A DNA stretch of 64,000 bases. Origin: a virus. The notes under the pieces are model-generated. The model searched no databases and was not told the origin of the DNA. It saw only the letters and a list, made by a program, of their open reading frames with translations. The position numbers and the translations under genes were made by a program. Where the stretch lies: positions 15,204 through 79,203 of the IMG/VR virus record IMGVR_UViG_3300025120_010481; one strand, given 5' to 3'. Positions 20,456 to 30,832 of this stretch are shown here, piece after piece; within the stretch, counting starts at the first letter, position 1, and each line of letters starts with the position of its first letter.

Positions 20456-22076
20456 CGCAAATCTCCATAATTTTAGTTAAAACATTTAAACCTAGAATAT
20501 CAAACTTAACATGCCCTTGGCTTTCTAAATCTTGCATTTCAAATGCCGCCACTGGATCACCAGATTTATTATCAATTACCGGACATATATCACTCAGTTT
20601 GTTTTTTGATATAACGACACCACAAGCGTGGGTGCTTTTACTCTTGATCGCCCCCTCTAGCTTAATCGCTAAATCAAACTCGTGAGACAAACCACCTTGA
20701 AGTTCGTCATCGCTGTTAATAAAACACCAAGACTTTAAATTGTCTGGGTTGTTTTTTAAAGCCCACATAATAACTGAGCTTTCTCCAGAAGCAGAAATCT
20801 TGTCTGAAATTTCTTGAGTTTCTGGAATCTGATCTGTGATTTCATTCATCTCTGAGAAACCCACAGAGCCACACACACGCAGAGATTCTTTTAGTGCTGA
20901 CTTTCCCTGAAGTCTACCAAAAGTAATCACCTGTGCCACTTTATCTTCCCCAAACAGGCTCTTGATGTAATCAATAACTTCATCCCTGTGAGAAGGAGGA
21001 ACGTCCAAGTCAATATCTGGCAAGGAAATATTATCTTTGGTGTTTCTACCCTCGTTATAGAATCTTTCAAACAAAAGATCGTTCTTGATTGGGTCTACAT
21101 TAGTAATTCCTATAAGGTATGATACTAGCGAACCCGCAGCAGAACCCCTTCCGGGGCCAACAATCCAACCTCTTTCCCTAACGTATCTAACAATATCTTG
21201 AACGATTAAAAAATAACCTGACAGTTCAGCGTTAAATATAACACTCATTTCTGACTGTACTCTATCAAGATAAGCCCGCTTGATTTTTTCTGTGCTTAAA
21301 ACATCAGGAGTCAACTTAGATGCCCAGCCTTCTCTGCATAATTGTTTAAGGTAATCATCCTGAGACATTCCGTCTGGACATTTAAATTCTGGAAGCATGG
21401 GCTTTGCTGTGATTTCATAGTCTTCGCAGGATTCAACAATTTTAGATATTTTACTAAACTGATCTTCCTGTGTATTTGCCCCTAAGTAAAAATTACTAGA
21501 ATCAAAAAACCTTTGATTGTTAGACTCTTCCCATCTTTCCTTGTTGATTGATCTCATCTTTTTAAAGTTAGTTTTCATCCCAGAAAGAATCATAACTCTG
21601 TGAGCTTCCGCATCAGTTTCGTCAACATAGTATGTTCCAGTCTCTACGATTTCATGAAAGTTGCTTTTAAACATCTTACTTAAAACGTTTGACAGATTGT
21701 CCTTGGGTTTATCAGACTGACAGTCTCTAAAAACCACACACGCAATATTGTTTTTGGATGCCATAATCTTTAAGCTGTCTAGCTTTTTAAAATTTTCTGA
21801 TTGAAAATCTGAAGTAAACTGAATCAACTCAAAATAACCCTGCTTGTTTTTAGCAAACAAAGAGAAGTCATTGAAATCGCAACCAATTATTGGCTTGATT
21901 CCGTTGTCCTTGCAAGCCTTGTGAAAAGCTGGCACGCCCGACACGTTCTCGATATCGTTAATTGCACATGCTTGATAGCCATTTTCCTTGCATCTCTTTG
22001 CAATATTGTCGCATTGACAAAATCCTTTCTGGATGCTGTAGTCAGTTTTGACATTTAGTGGAGTATATTCGCTCAT
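20442..22076 (-). CDS. dnaE: DNA polymerase III alpha subunit, N-terminal half (PHP + palm/thumb)
   Basis: PHP-like N-terminus (GIKPIIG), YFLIVQD, GPGRGSAAGSLVSY, LLFERF, PDIDLD, STHACGVVI, VKFDILGL at the C-terminus. Confidence 0.93.
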   Translation of the reverse strand: MSEYTPLNVKTDYSIQKGFCQCDNIAKRCKENGYQACAINDIENVSGVPAFHKACKDNGIKPIIGCDFNDFSLFAKNKQGYFELIQFTSDFQSENFKKLDSLKIMASKNNIACVVFRDCQSDKPKDNLSNVLSKMFKSNFHEIVETGTYYVDETDAEAHRVMILSGMKTNFKKMRSINKERWEESNNQRFFDSSNFYLGANTQEDQFSKISKIVESCEDYEITAKPMLPEFKCPDGMSQDDYLKQLCREGWASKLTPDVLSTEKIKRAYLDRVQSEMSVIFNAELSGYFLIVQDIVRYVRERGWIVGPGRGSAAGSLVSYLIGITNVDPIKNDLLFERFYNEGRNTKDNISLPDIDLDVPPSHRDEVIDYIKSLFGEDKVAQVITFGRLQGKSALKESLRVCGSVGFSEMNEITDQIPETQEISDKISASGESSVIMWALKNNPDNLKSWCFINSDDELQGGLSHEFDLAIKLEGAIKSKSTHACGVVISKNKLSDICPVIDNKSGDPVAAFEMQDLESQGHVKFDILGLNVLTKIMEICDESY

Positions 22077-22090
22077 TTTCTACCTTAATA

Positions 22091-23131
22091 TTATCCGGGA
22101 GCCTCGTAAAAACCAATATTGAAATCAGGTGCAGTATATTTTTCTAAAACAACATCCATTCCATCTTCTTTAAGTGATTGCTCTACAGACTTGCACATGC
22201 AAGAGCTTTCACCTTCAAACTTATTTTTATAAAAATGACACAAGTACTTACATTTTGGGTCTCTCCGAGTAGGGTCAACAGGCTTTGGAGAAAGGTTATC
22301 TTTAATTTCCCCCACTCTGTTTTTGAGCATGTTTAAAAACCTTTCTTCGTCACTTTCATCAAAGCAAAAACTGTAAGGTACTGGGTCTGGGTTGCCTTCT
22401 GTGTCCTTGTAAAAGAAGATGCTCATAATTCTGTATTTAAAGTCTGGAAACATTTTAGACATCGCGTAAAAGTAAAGCAATAACTGTGGGTCATTCTGCA
22501 TCTTTTCATACGTCTTTTCTTCTCCTGTCGCCCAGTCTAAACGACGACCACTTTTCCAGTCAACAACTTCGATTGTATCTTTGTTAACTAACGTTACAAG
22601 GTCAATAGTGCCCTTAATCGCCAGTTGTCCCTTCTGTTGAGTGCCTTGTGCGTCAATAAAATCAAACTTAGCCCATTCTTCTTCGATTGGTATATCAAAG
22701 TGAGGCTCTGGGTAATAAATATTTCTCAATCTTGGGTCAAACTGACCATCATTCCAAGTTAAAAAAGTTTCTACGGTCTGCCTAATTTCTGCTCTTTCCT
22801 TGCGGTAAAATTTATGTCGCGAACCCTTTGCGTAATCACCTATAGCCTTTTCTGTCAACTTATCAACTAGCTCACCCGTATGGAGCTTGTCTTTATGTTC
22901 TCTTATTTTACCACACTTGTCGTCATTTACAACTAGATATTTCTTTCTTGGGTTATCTTGTTGGAATTTTTTTAGGCCAGCCAAAATTTCCATAACCTTA
23001 TGAGCCATAGTTCCCATATCTGCTTTCTTGCCGCTATTGGATCGCCAACCTAAAACATAGGTTAGAAAATACTGCATTTGGCAAAAGTCGTAATTATTAT
23101 ACGACGAACTTCTGATGTATGTTACTATCAT
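22091..23131 (-). CDS. PD-(D/E)XK exonuclease (RecB/Cas4-like)
   Basis: SSYNNYDFC, GTMAH, KGTIDL, VVDWKSG, QLLLY, C-terminal Cys cluster. Confidence 0.85.
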   Translation of the reverse strand: MIVTYIRSSSYNNYDFCQMQYFLTYVLGWRSNSGKKADMGTMAHKVMEILAGLKKFQQDNPRKKYLVVNDDKCGKIREHKDKLHTGELVDKLTEKAIGDYAKGSRHKFYRKERAEIRQTVETFLTWNDGQFDPRLRNIYYPEPHFDIPIEEEWAKFDFIDAQGTQQKGQLAIKGTIDLVTLVNKDTIEVVDWKSGRRLDWATGEEKTYEKMQNDPQLLLYFYAMSKMFPDFKYRIMSIFFYKDTEGNPDPVPYSFCFDESDEERFLNMLKNRVGEIKDNLSPKPVDPTRRDPKCKYLCHFYKNKFEGESSCMCKSVEQSLKEDGMDVVLEKYTAPDFNIGFYEAPG

Positions 23132-23937
23132 TATTTGCTTTCTTGGTTTGCTGTTATGGATACATTTTCCTCAAGCCATCCCCATTTCTCAATGAACTTC
23201 ATAACTTCCATGCTCGTGTCTAGAATTGACAAGCCCGAATTATCAATAACTGCGTCAAATTTATCCAGATGATTACCCAACTCATTTTCCGAAGAATGGC
23301 TGTCCTTAGAGCCTTCATTTCGATTTAAGTAAATAACTTTTCCCCCAACCTTTTGAATGGCTTCTAGTTCATTTAAAAATCGAACGTCGTCAATTGTTGC
23401 GATTAGAGATTCTTCAGACTCAATGCTGTCAATGCAGTATTTAGTCCAGATATCTTTGTACATGTTACGCATGATGTCTGTGCCCAAAAACTGTAAAAAC
23501 TCGCGGGCGGTCATTAACCCCTTTTTCTTGCCGAATTTAGTTTTTGATTTTGGCATGTTCTCCCACCGCAAATGTTCTTGTTTTTGTTTTTTCTGTTCGC
23601 CAGTCCCGTACAAACACTCTTCGGGTACGTTAAAAAGATTAAGAACCAATTGCTTGAGAGGTTCAGCAAAAGAATAATTCTTGATAAAGGGCCACATGCT
23701 ATAAGCTGCCCATTCCGCAAATTCGTAGTCCTTTCGATTAACGTCGATCATGGCAAGTTTTTGCTCTATTTCTTTTTCACTTTTCATGTCCTCTGTTTGA
23801 ACGAGCAGCTTTCCTTCTTTGCTCAACCCAAAATCGCTAATGATTCCTTGTGCTCTCATCTGGTATCCGTGTAGGAAGTTCGCACATGTGCTTTTACCAG
23901 ACTGCTTCTTACCCGCAAACGCTATAATGTTCGTCAT
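23131..23937 (-). CDS. Deoxynucleoside monophosphate kinase (T4 gp1-like)
   Basis: AGKKQSGKST, SFAEPLK, AREFLQFLGTD, DDVRFLNE, HSSE. Confidence 0.88.
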   Translation of the reverse strand: MTNIIAFAGKKQSGKSTCANFLHGYQMRAQGIISDFGLSKEGKLLVQTEDMKSEKEIEQKLAMIDVNRKDYEFAEWAAYSMWPFIKNYSFAEPLKQLVLNLFNVPEECLYGTGEQKKQKQEHLRWENMPKSKTKFGKKKGLMTAREFLQFLGTDIMRNMYKDIWTKYCIDSIESEESLIATIDDVRFLNELEAIQKVGGKVIYLNRNEGSKDSHSSENELGNHLDKFDAVIDNSGLSILDTSMEVMKFIEKWGWLEENVSITANQESK

Positions 23938-25033
23938 TGATTATTCCTTTTAGTGATGGATAAATTTCATTTTTAATTTCTTGAACTGTCATGCTGCCCA
24001 CATCCCACTCGCTCTGGGGTAGCCCTGTAGACTTAAACCAGTCTTTTAAGTTTGGTCTAATATAGTTAAATCTTCTTCCGCATTTATTGACTATATCTTT
24101 GTAGGCTGTATCACCAGCTTCATCGTAGTCAGTCAATATCACAACGTTGAAAGCTCCTGATTTTTCTAGTACTATTAGCTGCTTGTCCGACAAAGAGCTT
24201 CCAAAAATCCCTACAGACATAGCAAGCCCAGACTCGTAAAGCCTCCAAACGTCTGATTGGCCTTCAACCAATATAACTGTTCCAGAGCTTAATATATACT
24301 CTGATGCAATGTTAAACCCGTATAGATTAGCGGACTTAGAAAAGCCTTTACTGTTTCTCCATTTTGGGTTTGACTTCGAAACTTCAGTTTTAGTCCTGCC
24401 AACGCAACCAGAGTAATTACAATGTTCATCGTATATTGGAACTACCACCCGCCCAAACATTGACTGTTTAGAATCCTTGCAGTCACCAATATCAAAAGTG
24501 TCCAATGCTTCAGCCGAAAACCTTTTACGTTCGTCTTTGTTGTTTAGGTAGTACACTGAAGGAATTTCAAGTTTTCCCCTGATCAAATCTCTAGATATAG
24601 TAGGGGTCGAGTCAGTTAAACTTTCTTCGTTAAATATTTTAAACACTTGATTAACTCTACCCTTGTCATAGTTAGATTCTTCTACTTTTGCCACATCCAT
24701 TTTTAGAAAATCGCAACAAAATTTAAGAGCCTTATGGAACGAATTTTCTTCGCACCCGTTTCTCTCCATCCATCCACGAACAAGGCCAATCAAAGAGCCT
24801 GAAAACTCTTCTTCGCAGTGCCTAGTCCAGCAATGCCAATTTCCCTTAGCTGAATTGCCATCCGTAAATATGCAACAAGCCTCTGGATTGTCACCCCCAT
24901 GAACTGGACAAGGAAATGCAATTCTATTAGGGTACTCAATAAAATCAATATCCATGTGAGTCAAAAACTCAGGTAGCTGCTCTAGTAATTCTTCGCAAAT
25001 TTTAGAAATTTGTTTCTGTGTTAGACTCTTCAT
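23909..25033 (-). CDS. dnaG: DNA primase (CHC2 zinc finger + TOPRIM)
   Basis: CPVHGGDN..WHCWTRHC, GR, KWRNS, LVEGQSDV, DYDEAG. Confidence 0.88.
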   Translation of the reverse strand: MKSLTQKQISKICEELLEQLPEFLTHMDIDFIEYPNRIAFPCPVHGGDNPEACCIFTDGNSAKGNWHCWTRHCEEEFSGSLIGLVRGWMERNGCEENSFHKALKFCCDFLKMDVAKVEESNYDKGRVNQVFKIFNEESLTDSTPTISRDLIRGKLEIPSVYYLNNKDERKRFSAEALDTFDIGDCKDSKQSMFGRVVVPIYDEHCNYSGCVGRTKTEVSKSNPKWRNSKGFSKSANLYGFNIASEYILSSGTVILVEGQSDVWRLYESGLAMSVGIFGSSLSDKQLIVLEKSGAFNVVILTDYDEAGDTAYKDIVNKCGRRFNYIRPNLKDWFKSTGLPQSEWDVGSMTVQEIKNEIYPSLKGIINDEHYSVCG

Positions 25034-26444
25034 TTGATTTGAAACCTTCCTGATCTTCTTTACCTTTATAGTAAATCTGATTTCTTGTCATCTTCTGTAC
25101 AACTCTACCATACTCACCATCAACTTTTAAACTCACATAATCGCCTTGATCCATAAGCCCACCATGCCTAGCGTGTAGAGGCACTAATTTTGTATTTCCC
25201 TGATCTCCATCAACCTGATTGTCTTCAGCCAGTTCTTCAGGAGACTTTAATTTAAACAAACTCAAGCTGGTACAAAGCCAAACGAGCCTGTCAGAGCCAC
25301 TAATAACATCAGACGACTCTTTCGTTACTCCGTCCCTGTTCAACTGTACAAATGCCAGACACGGACAAGCGTACTTAACCATAAAGTTGTGCAGCTTAGT
25401 AATCTGAAACCCAAGAACTTGATACTCTTGCATAGAAGAAGAAATACTGTCACCGTCCATCAGCTTTAAATAGTCATAGATAATAACACAGTCTTTGGTT
25501 TTTCCGTCTTCGTCAAACCCAACGTGCTGATAAATCCACTTTCTCATTTGAGATAATATTGAATCGAACGACTGACCAGCAATACTAAGATAGTGGTAAG
25601 GCAATTCATGTAACTCCTTCGCGGCCTCTCCTACAGCGTGTGACTTAGAAGGTGTTTTTGCAAATAATCCAGTTTCTATTTCTTTGGTTTTTATATTTGA
25701 TAAACTAGCCAATATTCTATTGTAATGATCTTCCTTGGACATCTCGGTGTCTAGCATTAAAACGGGAACGCCCTGTCTTGCAATATTGATACCCACAGAA
25801 TCACCAAGCATAGACTTTCCAGTTTTTGGTCTAGCTCCAATTAAGTCAACGCAGCCCTTCCTGAGACCTCCACCGATGGCGTTGTCCCACTCCGAGAATC
25901 CTGTTGGTACACCTAAAGTCTCCCTTACGTTTTCAGAAAGGTACTCTATATAATCAAAAACGTCCGCACCAAGAACTTCCGTTTGATTTGAACTTCCAGA
26001 GAAAGCCTCTCCCGTTACATCTAGAATAGGTTCTTCAACTTTAGATATAATGTCCGCTAAATCCTCTGAGCCATTTAACTTTTTTAAATCATTCTTGCAA
26101 ATAGTCAGAGTGGAGTCTAAAGTTCTAATGGTTGCTAGTTTAGCAAGTTTTGCAGCGTGAGATGGGACATTGCTTTTCGAGATAGGGAAATTAATTAACG
26201 AGCGAATAAACGCCATTTCGTTCTTATCTATTGCGTTGCCAAGGTTGTTGGCCTCAGATAAAATTGACGAAACCTCAACCTCTCTACCTTCTGAAAGTAT
26301 ACTAGATATACAGTCAAACAAAAACTGATTCTGACTGTCAACAAAGCAGTCAGCAGTCAAAAAATCTAATTCCATGTAAACATCTAAGCCAAATTGTACC
26401 AACGCAGACAAGACTGCTCTTTCTGCTGCTAAATCTTTTATCAT
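25002..26444 (-). CDS. dnaB: Replicative DNA helicase, DnaB family
   Basis: AERAVL, TGFSEWD, GARPKTGKS, TEMS, YDYLKL, QLNR, RHG. Confidence 0.92.
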   Translation of the reverse strand: MIKDLAAERAVLSALVQFGLDVYMELDFLTADCFVDSQNQFLFDCISSILSEGREVEVSSILSEANNLGNAIDKNEMAFIRSLINFPISKSNVPSHAAKLAKLATIRTLDSTLTICKNDLKKLNGSEDLADIISKVEEPILDVTGEAFSGSSNQTEVLGADVFDYIEYLSENVRETLGVPTGFSEWDNAIGGGLRKGCVDLIGARPKTGKSMLGDSVGINIARQGVPVLMLDTEMSKEDHYNRILASLSNIKTKEIETGLFAKTPSKSHAVGEAAKELHELPYHYLSIAGQSFDSILSQMRKWIYQHVGFDEDGKTKDCVIIYDYLKLMDGDSISSSMQEYQVLGFQITKLHNFMVKYACPCLAFVQLNRDGVTKESSDVISGSDRLVWLCTSLSLFKLKSPEELAEDNQVDGDQGNTKLVPLHARHGGLMDQGDYVSLKVDGEYGRVVQKMTRNQIYYKGKEDQEGFKSNEESNTETNF

Positions 26445-26896
26445 CTTCTTGAGCACCTCCGGCAAGTGTACATTGACCCCGTTGCGTGTATTTTATTTAC
26501 TCTTTCTGCCTTGCTGCACTTGGAGCAAGTTCTCTCAATTAAATTTGATTCCCAATCTTGACGTTTTCTTGGGGACGGCTTGACAGATGGTGTCCTGTCA
26601 TCTTCCTCTTGAAATAGACTTCCGTCATCAACAAACTTATTCCCTTTGATCATTTTGTGAACTTCTTCAACTGACTCATCTTCTTCTTGAGAGCCACCCC
26701 AATCATTGTAATCAATATTACGTTTTGTTGGTGGGTCGAGTGCCGCTTCACTCGCAACAACAGCTTCAGTGGCGTTGAGGAATTCTGTGGCGTTATTTAG
26801 TTTATCAATTTTTTGGTCTATTAACTCGATGGCCTTTTTAATATCCATCATTACGCTTGTCAAAGACTCTATTACGTTTCTGTCCTTATTGTTCAT
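26441..26896 (-). CDS. Hypothetical protein with coiled coil and C-terminal CxxC..CxxC zinc ribbon
   Basis: CSKC..CRRC. Confidence 0.6.
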   Translation of the reverse strand: MNNKDRNVIESLTSVMMDIKKAIELIDQKIDKLNNATEFLNATEAVVASEAALDPPTKRNIDYNDWGGSQEEDESVEEVHKMIKGNKFVDDGSLFQEEDDRTPSVKPSPRKRQDWESNLIERTCSKCSKAERVNKIHATGSMYTCRRCSRR

Positions 26897-27363
26897 TAGT
26901 ATTTTTTCCTTGATAAGTTGCTCAAAACGTCTGCCATTCTCATTACTCTTTCACATTTTCCTTCTAGTATTTTAACCTTTGATTCAGCATAGTTTTTTAT
27001 TTTTAGTATCTCACTAGCTAAGGGATTTTCTTTTATGGCAGGGTAGTATTTAACTTGCCACTTGGTGAACTTGTCCCCATACTGATCTAAGGTTCCACTA
27101 ATTATAAACCAAATAGACGACTCTGCCCAGTCTAAAATGTTTTTTTGTTTGGCTTTTTCAGTCTCAATGTACTCAGCGTAAGCATAAAGTTGATAGGCGG
27201 CAGAACTGCACTCCACAGCCGTCAGCTTTTCAAAGTCAGAAAATTGGAAATTTAACAAATCTGAAATATTTTGGTTTTCTTTTACCTCGCTCAAGTGAAG
27301 TGATTTAGTGTACCTATCAATATTCTCTAAAAATTCTGATAAAATTTCTTCTCCTCTACTCAT
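26896..27363 (-). CDS. Hypothetical helical protein (UvsY-like mediator possible)
   Basis: Size, helical character and position near recA; inference only. Confidence 0.45.
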   Translation of the reverse strand: MSRGEEILSEFLENIDRYTKSLHLSEVKENQNISDLLNFQFSDFEKLTAVECSSAAYQLYAYAEYIETEKAKQKNILDWAESSIWFIISGTLDQYGDKFTKWQVKYYPAIKENPLASEILKIKNYAESKVKILEGKCERVMRMADVLSNLSRKKY

Positions 27364-27758
27364 ATTTTTTCTCTCCACTCTTCTTCGGTTTCGTTAAAGT
27401 TCAAATTAACTAACTTTATATCGTTTATCTCACACCAATACGCCTTGTCTCTGTCTCTGGCTTGAGCACGAAAAAAATCTAACTTTCTTTTAAAGTGAAA
27501 AGAGTTAAATTTAAAGTGCTGCTCTCCATTAGCTTCAACTATTATAGACCTTAGTGGCAACCAAAAGTCAGCACGAAGAAGACCCCCGAAGGACGAGGGC
27601 TTTTTAGTACCAGCCAGAGTTACTTCTTCCAGTATTCTATCATGCGGGAAACACTTGTCAAGGAATTTTCTAACTTTATTGTGAAGTTTTGATCGCTTGC
27701 CTTTGTTTGACTTTGGATTCCAGTTATAGTACTTATCGTCAAGTCCCAGCACTTTCAT
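27360..27758 (-). CDS. Vsr/DUF559-like endonuclease
   Basis: LRADFWLP..IIVEANGEQHF..RDRDK..WC..NDIKL. Confidence 0.75.
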   Translation of the reverse strand: MKVLGLDDKYYNWNPKSNKGKRSKLHNKVRKFLDKCFPHDRILEEVTLAGTKKPSSFGGLLRADFWLPLRSIIVEANGEQHFKFNSFHFKRKLDFFRAQARDRDKAYWCEINDIKLVNLNFNETEEEWREKI

Positions 27759-28852
27759 TAAAGTAAACTCTCTTTAATTAGCTTTTCTAAACTTTTAACT
27801 AACTTTGGGTTTTCATCAAACAAAGTCCTCAAATTTCTCATTCCTTGATATTTAAAACTTTTTTCAAACTCTTCAGCATTATCAAGGTCTACTTCTGGCT
27901 TTATCTCTTTGGCAACCTTTTTCATGTCTGCCATAAACAAGCAGTTAAACCAAGCACCTCTTTGTTCAATTAGCCCCAAGTCTAAACATAGATCGAGAAC
28001 TTCCTGAGTTTTGTCAATTCCGTGACCGTAGCGAATATGGCTTTGAATATTTCCTCCCGGCGGCCCCATAGAAGAGCAAACTACACGCCAATTAATTTTT
28101 TGACCCACTTGATTACCATTGTCATCCACTACGGCTTTTACGGCAGGGTTGCCTTCGCCGCCATGTGCAATCTCCAACCTCGTGTCAGCTTGGTATTGAA
28201 TCTTAACTCCACCGTCTGACATTTTAGACTTTCCAAAACCAGAAGTGTTAGAGATATAGTGCGTAATCGCAATAATCAAACCCCTTTGACTAGGAAGCAA
28301 CTGACCAACCTTTTTTGTGAAAACAGAAAGTATCTTAGGTAGACCCGCTCTTCTTGGAGAAAAATCCCCATCCAACTCTTTTTCTGAAATCAATGAAGAT
28401 ATAGAATCTATGATCAATATAGCTCGGTGATAATCTGGATCGCAAAGCATTTTATAGGCCGTTTCAAGCAGTAGCTCGGCAGACAGAGGCTTGTCCACAG
28501 GGGCTATAATGTCCATGTCTGAAGGGTCGAGTCCTACTACTTGAAAATTCAAATCTTTTAATCTACCCTCAGCGTCAATGTAAATAACTTTTCTGCCTTC
28601 TTCTATGCAGTTAGCCGCTATTTGCATTGCGGTCGTAGTCTTGCCGGATTTCGGGTCTCCTGTCAAGGTTAGCCAGCAACCCTCCCTTACTCCACCACCC
28701 AAGCCAACGTCCAGAGCGGGACTAATTGAGATAATTCCATAGTCTCCTTTTTCTTCAAGGACTTTGTTACCCTTCTTGATTATTTCTCCGTACTTCTTTA
28801 CGGTGTCCTTGAGGTAGTCTGGAACTTTTTTACTCTTTGTTTTCGTTGTCAT
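27758..28852 (-). CDS. recA: RecA/UvsX recombinase
   Basis: LDVGLGGG, GDPKSGKTT, YIDAEGR, IIDSISSL, GGVKIQYQAD.RL, YGHGID, GAWF. Confidence 0.92.
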   Translation of the reverse strand: MTTKTKSKKVPDYLKDTVKKYGEIIKKGNKVLEEKGDYGIISISPALDVGLGGGVREGCWLTLTGDPKSGKTTTAMQIAANCIEEGRKVIYIDAEGRLKDLNFQVVGLDPSDMDIIAPVDKPLSAELLLETAYKMLCDPDYHRAILIIDSISSLISEKELDGDFSPRRAGLPKILSVFTKKVGQLLPSQRGLIIAITHYISNTSGFGKSKMSDGGVKIQYQADTRLEIAHGGEGNPAVKAVVDDNGNQVGQKINWRVVCSSMGPPGGNIQSHIRYGHGIDKTQEVLDLCLDLGLIEQRGAWFNCLFMADMKKVAKEIKPEVDLDNAEEFEKSFKYQGMRNLRTLFDENPKLVKSLEKLIKESLL

Positions 28853-29294
28853 CTATTTCCCTTATCTTTGAAAATCTATTCTTTTTGTAACTACCTTTTC
28901 TGGGCTTGAATTCTTTATTATCGTGAAATTCAATCTCTGGCTTTTCTTCCAAAGCCTCTTTCTGTAGTACATCATAGCACTTAGAGACTCCATCTTGCAC
29001 AAAATAAAGAGGCAATACATACTTCCCGCTTTTATGAAGAAACCCCAAAGAGTAAATATTTTTACCTTTGGGGCTATTTATATATCTAACGAGTGCCTGT
29101 TCGTTGAATTTTTTTATCAGTTTCCACGCTACTTTGATCTGAGTTTGGTATTGATCTTGGTGTGATTTACTCCAGAATTTATATTCTAGGCTACCTTTAT
29201 TCTCTCTTTCGCGTTTCCTGATACAAACTATCTCCGCTACAAATTGTGCGGCATTACAAGGCTCCCCCGTAGATATACTTTGATAATTCTTCAT
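28830..29294 (-). CDS. Hypothetical protein
   Basis: 154 aa ORF, coupled. Confidence 0.6.
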   Translation of the reverse strand: MKNYQSISTGEPCNAAQFVAEIVCIRKRERENKGSLEYKFWSKSHQDQYQTQIKVAWKLIKKFNEQALVRYINSPKGKNIYSLGFLHKSGKYVLPLYFVQDGVSKCYDVLQKEALEEKPEIEFHDNKEFKPRKGSYKKNRFSKIREIDDNENKE

Positions 29295-29793
29295 TTTTTA
29301 ACTTTTCTGATCCGTTAGCAAAAATCATGTCCTTTAAATTGTCCACAGACAAATCCCTTTCAGACTCGCCAGTCTCAAAACTGTTGTGAGGCCAAAGATA
29401 CTTTGAAACCTTTATACCTGAACAGTCGTCCTTTAGTAAAAGAACTGTTAATGACTGATAAAGCGTAGAGGTTGACCCATCCATTAACTGATCTTTAGCC
29501 GCACCCCTCATAATACAAACGCCATCTAAACCGTTTTCGTCCTCGAAAAAAACTTTTTCTTGAGCACCAAGCATTTGTAATTGAATTTTGGCAGGAAGAA
29601 CATTGTGTTTTTTACAGTATTCTTTTAATCTAAGCCAAGGATTCATTGCGTCGGGTCTTTCATAGTCTCCATAAACAACTTTGAAAACTTCTGGGTCTTC
29701 ACTTTCTGTGAGAGTGACCTTCCAAGACATGTTAACCTTATTATTTACATAATCCTTAAAATGCGGATCAGGAGCACTTAACGGCTCAATCAT
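29254..29793 (-). CDS. Hypothetical protein
   Basis: ORF; start moved to MIEPL. Confidence 0.6.
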   Translation of the reverse strand: MIEPLSAPDPHFKDYVNNKVNMSWKVTLTESEDPEVFKVVYGDYERPDAMNPWLRLKEYCKKHNVLPAKIQLQMLGAQEKVFFEDENGLDGVCIMRGAAKDQLMDGSTSTLYQSLTVLLLKDDCSGIKVSKYLWPHNSFETGESERDLSVDNLKDMIFANGSEKLKNEELSKYIYGGAL

Positions 29794-30193
29794 TTTTGGC
29801 CTTTCTAATAGTCGTTGTACAGTCGCTATACCTATGAGTACTAGCATCCTTAACTCTTTGTTTTCTGCTGTCGTCGCCTGCTTCAGACGCTTGTGCGGTC
29901 ATTACGGTCACTCCGTACTTTTCGTTCCTAGCAAATAACTCAGAAGTTCTAGTTCTAGTAGCAGTTTCTTCTTGGGGTTCTGCTGTGTCTGCTTCATCTG
30001 TTTCGGTCACGGTAAACTTATCTTTGGCTACAGAGTTCGCGTCAACAAACTTTTTAATGATGTCCGGTGAACGATTTAGCCGTGTTGCGATAGCCGAAAT
30101 ATCTTCTTCTTTGCTCATGCAGTTTAAGATATCTGACTTTTCAGAATTAGACAGTGGCCCTTTTTTAATTTTTTTCAGTTTTTTATTTTTCAT
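29786..30193 (-). CDS. Hypothetical protein with possible N-terminal HTH
   Basis: ISAIATRLNRSPDIIKK HTH-like segment. Confidence 0.55.
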   Translation of the reverse strand: MKNKKLKKIKKGPLSNSEKSDILNCMSKEEDISAIATRLNRSPDIIKKFVDANSVAKDKFTVTETDEADTAEPQEETATRTRTSELFARNEKYGVTVMTAQASEAGDDSRKQRVKDASTHRYSDCTTTIRKAKND

Positions 30194-30606
30194 GCTGACT
30201 CCATTGCTGTTCTTCTTGCTTTAGTAAAATATAAAGTGTTTCTAGTTTCAAGGTATTTAGAGAAATTACTGAAAGTGTTTTCGTCAACCTTTCTAAATTT
30301 TAAGGTTTTTAGCCTTTGGTCTCTTGCACTGGGACTCATGTTAAAAGGGTCTACCAAGCCGGAACCCCCAAAAAGAACCCAGTACTTTTCGCTACCTTTA
30401 TTACCCTCGTCGTCCTTCAACCAAGAGCTAATAGCGAAAGTTGTCCTTGAAGTTTTTTTCAGTATTGACTTCATTGAGTAGTCGTTCATTGAAAAAACAA
30501 CATCCCAAGAAGCAGACTTGTTTTTGCTGTCAAGCTCAATATAGTGAGCGTACATCTGCTTGTTTTGTTTTTGATATTCTTGACCATCAAAAGTGTTTTC
30601 ATCCAT
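30190..30606 (-). CDS. Hypothetical protein
   Basis: 138 aa ORF, coupled. Confidence 0.6.
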   Translation of the reverse strand: MDENTFDGQEYQKQNKQMYAHYIELDSKNKSASWDVVFSMNDYSMKSILKKTSRTTFAISSWLKDDEGNKGSEKYWVLFGGSGLVDPFNMSPSARDQRLKTLKFRKVDENTFSNFSKYLETRNTLYFTKARRTAMESA

Positions 30607-30832
30607 TTAATCTATCTAGCCTTTCTTTTACTTTGTTTATGCAGTCGGCTTCATCAATTCCGCTAATCAATAACTGAGCCTTTTCCGACATTCCGTACTT
30701 CCTAAGTAACTTATTCCCCATAGGCATATAATCTAAAGTTCCATCTTCGTTTATTTTTCTTATGTCTACTTTGAAAGTTATAGTAGCGTGATGGGGATGG
30801 TCTCTACAATTAGTCTTACTATCCATTTTCAA
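30599..30832 (-). CDS. Hypothetical protein
   Basis: 77 aa ORF, coupled. Confidence 0.55.
   Translation of the reverse strand: MKMDSKTNCRDHPHHATITFKVDIRKINEDGTLDYMPMGNKLLRKYGMSEKAQLLISGIDEADCINKVKERLDRLNG

Noticed and set aside
22091-23131. Cas4-like nuclease as evidence of a CRISPR system
   Set aside because: No repeat-spacer array or other cas genes were seen. The replication context fits a stand-alone phage exonuclease.
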